Assembly: GCA_028275775.1 (NCBI GenBank) | Contig: JAPWTZ010000002.1 | Location: forward strand, 10,092 to 42,091 | DNA length: 32,000 bases | Direction of reading: 5' to 3' | Origin: Candidatus Nanopusillus sp. | GTDB lineage: Archaea > Nanobdellota > Nanobdellia > Nanobdellales > Nanobdellaceae | Part shown: positions 17,956-25,267 of the stretch, piece after piece | Layout of the letters: each line of letters opens with the position of its first letter | How positions within the stretch are numbered: position 1 is the stretch's first letter | Notes under the pieces: generated by a model | What the model saw: the letters and a program-made list of their open reading frames with translations, nothing else | Told to the model about the DNA's origin: nothing | The model's database searches: none | Program-made: the position numbers and the translations under genes

Positions 17956-18696
17956 ATGAAATATATGATAATAATTCATAGAAAAACTGGTAAGAAATTT
18001 TATATAGAAGATAAAAATAAAGATTTTAATACGCATTTTGGGATAATAAAAAAGGAAGATTTAAATAAAGAACCTGGTAGTATAATTAAATCGCATTTAA
18101 ATGAAGAATTTTTAATACTGGAAGATAATTTTAATGATTTAATTAAATATTTAAAAAGAGGACCACAATCAATTCATCAAAAAGATATAGGATTATTATA
18201 TTCTTTAGTAAATATTTCTCCAGGAATGAAAATTGTAGAAGGGGGAACTGGTTCTGGAATATTAACAGCATATTTAGCAAATTCTATAAGACCAAATGGA
18301 AAAGTATATTCATATGAAATTAGGGAAGACTTTTATAATATTGCAAAGAAAAATTTGGAAAAATTAAAATTATTAGACTATGTTGAATTAAAATTAAAGA
18401 ATATTAATGAAGGAATTGATGAAAAAGATATAGATTTAATAATATTGGATATACCAGATCCATGGAATACTTTAAATCATGCATATAATTCATTAAAATT
18501 TGGTGGATATTTAGTATCTTTCTTACCAAATATAACATCTGTATTAAAATTATTAGACTCAAATGATAAATTTTTATTTATTGGAGTATATGAAAATTTT
18601 TATAGAAAATGGATATATGAAAAAGGAAAAGTTCTTAGACCAAAGAATTTGGAATTAGTTCATACAGAATTTCTAGTATTATTTAGAAAAGTATAA
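17956..18696 (+). CDS. trmI: tRNA (adenine-N1)-methyltransferase TrmI (Gcd14 family)
   Basis: 246 aa. KRGPQSIHQKDIGLLYSLVNISPGMKIVEGGTGSGILTAYLA (SAM motif I), followed by ILDIPDPW. Confidence 0.8.
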   Translation: MKYMIIIHRKTGKKFYIEDKNKDFNTHFGIIKKEDLNKEPGSIIKSHLNEEFLILEDNFNDLIKYLKRGPQSIHQKDIGLLYSLVNISPGMKIVEGGTGSGILTAYLANSIRPNGKVYSYEIREDFYNIAKKNLEKLKLLDYVELKLKNINEGIDEKDIDLIILDIPDPWNTLNHAYNSLKFGGYLVSFLPNITSVLKLLDSNDKFLFIGVYENFYRKWIYEKGKVLRPKNLELVHTEFLVLFRKV

Positions 18697-18864
18697 ATAA
18701 TTTAGTTTTTAATTTAGTTCTATGTATTTTCCATTAATTTAATAAAAATCATTGATAATGATATTGTATTGTTCTGATAAGTTTATAAAAAATATAATGA
18801 TTAGGTTAAAAAATAAAAGTATTTTAACCGAAAAATTTAACTTTCAAAATATTATAATAACATT

Positions 18865-19701
18865 ATGGTGAAACATCCAAAGAAGTTACATTTTGGTCCT
18901 GCAGGTGTTCCACTATCTTCTAAAAAAAGAGATACATTAAATGGAATTATATATACATACGAAGAATTAAATTTGGATGGATTTGAAATAGAGTTTACAT
19001 ATGGAGTAAAATTAAAAGAAGATGTTGCAAACAATATAAATGAATATATAAAAGATAAAGAATTTATATTAACATGCCATGCTCCATATTATATTAATTT
19101 AAATTCTACTGAAGAGTCAAAAATAAATAAATCAATAGACATGTTATATAATGCTGCAAGATTATTATATTTATCTGGAGGATATTCTGTTGTTTTTCAT
19201 CCAGGTTGGTATTTAAATAATTCAAAAGAAGATACATATAATGTAGTAAGGGAAAATCTAAAGAAATTAATGGATAAATTAAAGGATGAAAGTATTGATA
19301 TTTATATAAGACCGGAAACAATGGAATTACCAAAAAAATTTGGTGATATAGATGAAATAATAAAATTATCTCAAGATATAGAAAATGTTTTACCTGCAGT
19401 AGATTTTGCTCATTTAAGATATAGAAATAATAGAAATGATGTAGATTATTTTAGAGAAGTATTAGATAAAATAGAAAATGAACTTGGAAGAGATGCTTTA
19501 AATAATATGCATATTCATATGTCAGGAATAACTTTAGATAAAAAAGGTACTCATTTAAATTTAGAAGAATCTGATATGCCTTGGAAAGATATATTAAAAT
19601 TATTAAAGGAATATAAAGTTAAAGGTATTGTAATTTCAGAATCTCCAAATATTGAGGAAGATGCAATTAGAATGAGAGATTATTATAAAAAATTAAAGTA
19701 A
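18865..19701 (+). CDS. nfo: endonuclease IV-like AP endonuclease (xylose isomerase-like TIM barrel)
   Basis: 278 aa. Candidate metal ligands appear in Nfo order: CHAPYYINL, VFHPG, RPET, VDFAH, MHIHMS, DKKGTH, ISES. Confidence 0.65.
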   Translation: MVKHPKKLHFGPAGVPLSSKKRDTLNGIIYTYEELNLDGFEIEFTYGVKLKEDVANNINEYIKDKEFILTCHAPYYINLNSTEESKINKSIDMLYNAARLLYLSGGYSVVFHPGWYLNNSKEDTYNVVRENLKKLMDKLKDESIDIYIRPETMELPKKFGDIDEIIKLSQDIENVLPAVDFAHLRYRNNRNDVDYFREVLDKIENELGRDALNNMHIHMSGITLDKKGTHLNLEESDMPWKDILKLLKEYKVKGIVISESPNIEEDAIRMRDYYKKLK

Positions 19702-21195
19702 GTTTTTTGCTAAATTAATAAATGCTGGTCTTGTTATTAAATATCCTATCCAAACTGTAATTATTACCATAATTGCAAATCCTCTATATAATGATAAACC
19801 TGCTACAAATGCCGGGAATACTGATAATGTTTCTAATATAATTGCTAATAATATAATAAACATAGCTTTTTTAATTGCTTTATCTAATCTTTCAACATTA
19901 TCTGTTTTTACTTCATTATTTCCCTCTCTTTTTGCTCTTAATATTTCTTCAGCAGCAACCAATTGATCATCAATACCTGTAGCAGTTCCAAATATTATAC
20001 CAATAAATGCTGGAATATCATATGTTTGATGTATTGCAATACCTATTGCAAATGCAATTAAGAATTCAGATGCTAATGTTAATGTAACCAATGCAGGTAC
20101 CTTTAAATTTCTATATGCTGCATAAAGTATTGCAAATATACCAATCAATATTAATAATAGTACTAGTTCAAAAGATTTTAATATATAATATCCAAATATT
20201 GGTGGAATTATAGATTCCTGAACAATATTAAATTTTGAAGGTAATTGTCCATTTTCTAATATTATATATAAATCATATGCTTGTTGATATGCATTATATT
20301 GTGCTTGTGCCATGGAATTTCCAGTTGCAGATACTTGAATACTTACTTGTTGCGTATTTGAACCTTTTAGATCTGCTGCAATTAATAATGTTGATACATT
20401 TTTATTATCTAAATAGAATACTATTGGTTCACTTAAATATGCTCCTCCGTTTTCTAATACTACAGATAAATTTTGTGTGGCTTGTGCAAAATTATTAGCA
20501 GCTTGTTGTGATAATAATAATGTAAAATAATATGTACATACATATTGATTACCTACTGGAGAACATCCTAATAAACCAGAATATTGTCCTCCAAATAATG
20601 GTTTTATTTCTGAACCAGTAAATATTGTTGTATTACCAATTTTTGCATAAAATTCCCCCTGACTAATTATGTAAGGAATCAAATATCCTTCAGAATATGG
20701 TAATTCTACTATTATGTATCCTGCAGATGTTGGATATATATTTATTGATTTAACACCAAAAGAATTTAATCTATTTTCAATTACCTGTGCTGCAATTGAT
20801 AATTCTTGAGGAGTTAATGGTTTTGAGGAATTTAATATTAACAAATAACCTCCAGCAATATCTATTCCATAAGATATTAAAGAAGATTGTGTAATATTTG
20901 TTTCATTTATTAATAATTGATATTGATATGGTTCTAAAACAATATTTCCATTACTTGTACTTATTTGTAAAAAAGGAGAATTAATATTATTATATATACA
21001 TGTATAATAAGAATTTATTGAATTTACTGGACATCCATTTATTGAATATATATATGTATCATTTGGTAGAATGGTACTAGAAACAACTTCTACTTTATTA
21101 CTAGTTAATGCATATGCATCAAATATCAAAGATACAATAAAAATTATAATAAATATTAAAATTCTCCAATTTTTTATTAAAGACTTTATGTCCAT
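19693..21195 (-). CDS. secD: protein-export membrane protein SecD
   Basis: 500 aa. An N-terminal TM helix is followed by an extracytoplasmic domain of about 300 aa and a C-terminal 5-TM exporter domain (ATGIDDQLVAAEEILRAKRE, GYLITRPAF). No secF is adjacent. Confidence 0.65.
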   Translation of the reverse strand: MDIKSLIKNWRILIFIIIFIVSLIFDAYALTSNKVEVVSSTILPNDTYIYSINGCPVNSINSYYTCIYNNINSPFLQISTSNGNIVLEPYQYQLLINETNITQSSLISYGIDIAGGYLLILNSSKPLTPQELSIAAQVIENRLNSFGVKSINIYPTSAGYIIVELPYSEGYLIPYIISQGEFYAKIGNTTIFTGSEIKPLFGGQYSGLLGCSPVGNQYVCTYYFTLLLSQQAANNFAQATQNLSVVLENGGAYLSEPIVFYLDNKNVSTLLIAADLKGSNTQQVSIQVSATGNSMAQAQYNAYQQAYDLYIILENGQLPSKFNIVQESIIPPIFGYYILKSFELVLLLILIGIFAILYAAYRNLKVPALVTLTLASEFLIAFAIGIAIHQTYDIPAFIGIIFGTATGIDDQLVAAEEILRAKREGNNEVKTDNVERLDKAIKKAMFIILLAIILETLSVFPAFVAGLSLYRGFAIMVIITVWIGYLITRPAFINLAKNLL

Positions 21196-21219
21196 ATTGA
21201 TGTTTTATGTAAAATATTT

Positions 21220-21801
21220 TTATGGTTTTCCTCTTGAATATCCTTTTGTTATTCCCATTGCAATTAGATGTGCAACTCTAATCGGTTCAGGAATTCTAGA
21301 ATGTACAGATGTTAATTTAATTATGTTTATTACGTCATTATATTCTAATCCATAATATTGAAAATATAATGTTCCATATTCTGTTTTATAACTTTTTGGT
21401 TCAGGATATTTTTTTACTATTTCCAATCTTTTTTCATAATCTTTTGTATGTTTAATTGCTTCTATAAATTTATTTATATTTGGTTTTTTCCTTACAAAAG
21501 ATATTATTGGTATTTTTAATTCATTATATAAATATTCAAAATCTATCAAATTAAATCCACCAAAAGATATACCATTTGTTGCTATTATTCTTAGTTGATC
21601 ATAGTGTTTTGTTCTTTTTATCATTTCAATTATTCTATCATTTACATCAAAACCATCTATTTCAATTTTATTTGACAATACACCATCTATTTGTGATGGT
21701 CCTCTCATTATAACTCCAACAATTATTGTATATTTATCTTTATTTCTATCAAAATATCCATCATCAATTCCTAATATTCTTATTTCTCTTTTGATATCCA
21801 T
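21220..21801 (-). CDS. DUF99/UPF0215 family protein (endonuclease V-like fold)
   Basis: 193 aa. The N-terminal RILGIDDGYF motif and overall size match the archaeal UPF0215 family. Confidence 0.65.
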   Translation of the reverse strand: MDIKREIRILGIDDGYFDRNKDKYTIIVGVIMRGPSQIDGVLSNKIEIDGFDVNDRIIEMIKRTKHYDQLRIIATNGISFGGFNLIDFEYLYNELKIPIISFVRKKPNINKFIEAIKHTKDYEKRLEIVKKYPEPKSYKTEYGTLYFQYYGLEYNDVINIIKLTSVHSRIPEPIRVAHLIAMGITKGYSRGKP

Positions 21802-22361
21802 TTATTAAAATATTTTTCCCAATCTAATTTAAAAAATATTATACTTAATAAAATAAATGCTATTGAAGAAATTATAGATAATTTTAATAAAGGTATTTTT
21901 GATATATAACTTATTTCATTTAAAACAAATATTTCAGCATATAATTCTAAAAAAGATTTTAATGTTTTTCCTAGAATTGATATTAAATAATATTTTAATA
22001 TACTTATTTTTTCAATTCCAAATGATAAAAATAATAGATCGTCTAATGGAAGAAATGGTAATATAGTTAAAAAGAAAAATGTTATGTAAAAGTTTCTACT
22101 ATTTGATATTCTTTTTATGAATAATAAATTTTTATTATTCTTTAATGATTTTGATAAAAGAATACCAATAATATACATTACAATTCTTCCAGTAGATGCT
22201 CCTATACCTAAAATAATTGATACTAAAATTATATTATAAATATTTATCCCAATAATTGATAATATAGGTATTGATAATAAAACAAAAGGAGCGCCAAATA
22301 AAGGGAAAGAATTTAATATAAAAGATTCAAAAAATATATATAATACATAATATATATTCAT
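21780..22361 (-). CDS. small polytopic membrane protein, possibly DedA/VTT-domain-like
   Basis: 193 aa, about 5 TM helices. The segment LTILPFLPLDDLLFLSFGIEKISILKY resembles the VTT-domain core. The assignment is weak. Confidence 0.35.
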   Translation of the reverse strand: MNIYYVLYIFFESFILNSFPLFGAPFVLLSIPILSIIGINIYNIILVSIILGIGASTGRIVMYIIGILLSKSLKNNKNLLFIKRISNSRNFYITFFFLTILPFLPLDDLLFLSFGIEKISILKYYLISILGKTLKSFLELYAEIFVLNEISYISKIPLLKLSIISSIAFILLSIIFFKLDWEKYFNKWISKEK

Positions 22362-22801
22362 TCTTCAAATTCTAAAATATCTCCAACAGTTATATAATTT
22401 TTATTATCTTTATTATTTATTTTTTCAGTTAATACTTCTTTTTTAGTTATTTTTATTCCTAATATTTTTTCAATTTTCTTAGCCAAATTTATATCTGGTA
22501 TTATTTTTTTATTTTCTATTGATTTATATAAACTTTCTTTTATTCCTAACAATTTTGCCATATCTTCTTGTTTTAATTTATGATCTTCTCTATATTTTAT
22601 TAATATTTTATTATAATTTTCATCTACAACTTCTCCTACAATTTCCTTTATTTCCAATTTATTTTCTTTTATTATATTTCCATTTTCATCTACAGGTTTT
22701 CCATATTTTAAGCAATCTTTACATACATTTAATATTGTACCTTCTATATATACTTTATATAATTTATCTGTACTTTTTCCACATAGTTCACATGTTTTCA
22801 T
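22358..22801 (-). CDS. mbf1: archaeal multiprotein bridging factor 1 (aMBF1): Zn ribbon plus XRE-type HTH
   Basis: 147 aa. N-terminal CELCGK...CKDC zinc ribbon and C-terminal HTH (LKQEDMAKLLGIKESLYKSIENKK). Confidence 0.8.
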   Translation of the reverse strand: MKTCELCGKSTDKLYKVYIEGTILNVCKDCLKYGKPVDENGNIIKENKLEIKEIVGEVVDENYNKILIKYREDHKLKQEDMAKLLGIKESLYKSIENKKIIPDINLAKKIEKILGIKITKKEVLTEKINNKDNKNYITVGDILEFEE

Positions 22802-23421
22802 TTTATTATTTTTATTATTTCATCTTTATATTCTAATGCTATTATAACACCAATCATTATTCCAAAAGATATCGCTGCAGATAATAATAAATAATATAGA
22901 GCTTGAACTAATACTGTTGAATTTAACCCTAAATAAGATAATGCAATAATTAAAAATAAATATAATATAGTTCCTTTTACAATTTTTGCAACATTATTCT
23001 TTATATTAAACAAATATGCAATAATATCTCCAATAACCATACCAGCAATTATTATTATTATTGCAGTATAGATCAGATTTAAGATATAGAATAAAAAATA
23101 ATAGGAAGGAAAATTTACAACAATTCCTAATATTAGGAAATATAATAATATATAATATTTTACTAAACTTAGAATTAAATTTGATATATTTATTCCATAA
23201 AATAATTGTGGATTTTTCTTTTGAATTTCATTTAATTTTGTATAATTGAATATAATTCTTAATATAAATATAGTAACTTTTGCTATTATATATCCAATTG
23301 TAACAAATATTATAAAAATTATAAAATATGTTGTATAATCTGGAATCTCTGACAAATATTTTAAAGTAGGTTCTCCTATTAATTGGTAAATCTTCAATAA
23401 TAGTTGACTTATGAAATCCAT
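22798..23421 (-). CDS. hypothetical polytopic membrane protein (repeated TM-helix motif)
   Basis: 207 aa, about 5 TM helices. It is the first gene of a tightly overlapping minus-strand unit (4-nt overlap with mbf1). Confidence 0.45.
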   Translation of the reverse strand: MDFISQLLLKIYQLIGEPTLKYLSEIPDYTTYFIIFIIFVTIGYIIAKVTIFILRIIFNYTKLNEIQKKNPQLFYGINISNLILSLVKYYILLYFLILGIVVNFPSYYFLFYILNLIYTAIIIIIAGMVIGDIIAYLFNIKNNVAKIVKGTILYLFLIIALSYLGLNSTVLVQALYYLLLSAAISFGIMIGVIIALEYKDEIIKIIK

Positions 23422-23441
23422 TAGATTTAATTTAAAAAAAC

Positions 23442-23451
23442 TTTTATAAAA
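23442..23451. promoter_or_regulatory. palindromic TATA box TTTTATAAAA shared position for tRNA-Ile (+) and the divergent membrane-protein/mbf1 unit (-)
   Basis: The centre (23446.5) is 26.5 nt from the tRNA 5' G (23473) and 25.5 nt from the ATG at 23421. An A-rich BRE-like run AAAAAAAC precedes it on the plus strand. Confidence 0.45.
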
Positions 23452-23472
23452 GATAAATAATCATAAATTTTA

Positions 23473-23545
23473 GGGCCCGTGGCTCAGGGGTTAGAGCGTC
23501 CGGCTGATAACCGGGAGGTCGGGGGTTCGAATCCCCCCGGGCCCA
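23473..23545 (+). tRNA. tRNA-Ile (anticodon GAU), no intron, no encoded CCA
   Basis: Manual cloverleaf: acceptor GGGCCCG/CGGGCCC plus A73. D arm GCTC-AGGGGTTA-GAGC. Anticodon arm TCCGG-CTGATAA-CCGGG. T arm GGGGG-TTCGAAT-CCCCC. 52/73 nt are G/C (71%). Confidence 0.92.
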
Positions 23546-23560
23546 TATTAATTATTTATT

Positions 23561-25228
23561 TTATATTTCTTCTTTCTTTTGTTTTTCATATAATTCTTTA
23601 ATTTCTTGTATTGTATTTACATCCTTTTCACTTTTATCCCATCTTATTCTATTAACTCTTGCAAATCTTAATGCAAAACCCGATTTATATTTTGGACTTT
23701 TTTGTATTTCATCATATATAACTTCTACAACAATCTTTGGTTTAAACCATACAATTCTTCCTTCTTCCTTTATTTTATATTTTAATAGTTCTTTTGTTAA
23801 TTGAATATATTCATTATCAGATAATCCTTTGAATGTCTTTGTTACCATTAAATATTCTCCAGTCTCTTTATCTAATGCAGCTAAATATAAATCTGAAATA
23901 AAATTTTTTCTTCTTCCATGTCCCCATTCTCCCCCAATTATTACTAAATCTAATGGTTCTAAATGTCCTTTTACTTTTAACCATGATTTATCCCTTTTTC
24001 CAGGAATATATTTTGAATCTAGTTTCTTTGCAACAAGACCTTCATTTTTCATATTAACAGATTCTTCAAAAAATTTCTTTGCTTCATCTTCCTTATTTGT
24101 AATTATCATTGGAGTTAAATCAATATTTCCTCTAACTTCTTCTAATATTTTTCTTCTATTTATATATTCTTCATTTATTAATAATTTTCCATCTAAATAA
24201 ATTATATCAAATAAAAATAATTTAACAGGTATTTCTTTTATATATTTTGAGATTTCATATTCTCTTTTTATCCTTTTTGAAATTTCTTGAAATGGTAATG
24301 GTAAATTTTTATTATAATCCCATGCAACAATTTCTCCTTCAGTAACTACTTCATTATTCTTTATATTTTTTAATATTAATTCTACAACATCTGGAAAAGA
24401 TTTTGTTACATCCTTCAATCTTCTAGTAAATATTTTTACATTATTTCCTTTTTTATGTATTTGTGCCCTTATTCCATCAAATTTAAATTCAAATGCTGCA
24501 GGAGAAAAATTGTTAAATACATCTTGAAAATTACTTGCCTTTTCTGCAAGCATCGGTTTAAATGGATGAAACAATCTAATATTAACATTTTCAATATTTT
24601 TCGGATTATCAAATAAATATTCTGCTAAAACTCCAATATCTCCAATTATTGCATGTGCAATTTTAATTTTTTCATCATCAATACCATATATATAAGATAA
24701 ACAATCTTCAATTGTTCCTTCTAATACTCCATATCTCATATCTCCCTGTAAAATTCTTGTCAATAATTTTGCTTCTAAAGGTGATAAATTTTTATATATT
24801 CCTTCTAAATGTAATATTCTTTTTTCTCTAGATCCTTCTCCTTCCAAATTCTCGATTTTCTTTAATTCATTATATATATCAATTATTGTATATTTCTTAG
24901 CAAACCACTTATTTAGTTTTATATTTCCCTTTTCATAAATAATTTTAACAGCTTCTCCTAAATCTCCAGATTTTTTATATAATAAACTTAATTCTTTAAT
25001 ATTTACTCCTAAATTTTTTAGTACTCTTATAATTGTACCTACAGATACATTTAATTTTCTTTCAACCCATTCTTCTTCAGTATTTCCCAAAATTAACCAA
25101 ATAGTTATTTTTAATTCATTTTTATCTAAAGACTTTATAAATCTAGATAAAACATCAATTTTCAAAGATTTTTCATTAATTTTTTCAACTTTTTCTAATA
25201 CTTCTGCTAATTCAGAGAAATATTTCAT
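23561..25228 (-). CDS. lig: ATP-dependent DNA ligase
   Basis: 555 aa. Adenylation motif I FEFKFDGIRAQIH (KxDG), EGEIVA, EGLVAK, and an OB-fold C-terminus (LDLVIIGGEWGHGRR, RFPRF-like ALRFARV). Confidence 0.92.
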   Translation of the reverse strand: MKYFSELAEVLEKVEKINEKSLKIDVLSRFIKSLDKNELKITIWLILGNTEEEWVERKLNVSVGTIIRVLKNLGVNIKELSLLYKKSGDLGEAVKIIYEKGNIKLNKWFAKKYTIIDIYNELKKIENLEGEGSREKRILHLEGIYKNLSPLEAKLLTRILQGDMRYGVLEGTIEDCLSYIYGIDDEKIKIAHAIIGDIGVLAEYLFDNPKNIENVNIRLFHPFKPMLAEKASNFQDVFNNFSPAAFEFKFDGIRAQIHKKGNNVKIFTRRLKDVTKSFPDVVELILKNIKNNEVVTEGEIVAWDYNKNLPLPFQEISKRIKREYEISKYIKEIPVKLFLFDIIYLDGKLLINEEYINRRKILEEVRGNIDLTPMIITNKEDEAKKFFEESVNMKNEGLVAKKLDSKYIPGKRDKSWLKVKGHLEPLDLVIIGGEWGHGRRKNFISDLYLAALDKETGEYLMVTKTFKGLSDNEYIQLTKELLKYKIKEEGRIVWFKPKIVVEVIYDEIQKSPKYKSGFALRFARVNRIRWDKSEKDVNTIQEIKELYEKQKKEEI

Positions 25229-25267
25229 TATATTTAATATAAAAATGTTTAATTTTATATATCAAAT
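25229..25267. promoter_or_regulatory. 39-nt bidirectional promoter spacer with two back-to-back TATA-like boxes
   Basis: TATAAAAA (25238-25245) is centred 26.5 nt before the helicase ATG (25268). TATAAAAT on the minus strand (25252-25259) is centred 27.5 nt before the ligase ATG (25228). Confidence 0.4.

Noticed and set aside
18699-18719. A direct repeat AATTTAGTT occurring twice (12-nt period) just after the trmI stop.
   Set aside because: There are only two short AT-rich copies. They are compatible with chance or a T-rich termination region, and nothing further supports a function.
18757-18831. C/D-box sRNA-like words in the 168-nt trmI/nfo spacer: AATGATA, then 10 nt, then CTGA, then AATGATT, then CCGA.
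   Set aside because: The box sequences are imperfect. Spacings are wrong (10 nt, an 18-nt linker, and more than 20 nt to the D-like box). There is no terminal stem, and the words are expected by chance in AT-rich DNA.
23829-24200. 123-aa plus-strand ORF antisense to the DNA ligase gene.
   Set aside because: The reasoning is the same. It is embedded in a strongly supported gene, its translation is S/F-rich low-complexity, and it has no independent signals.
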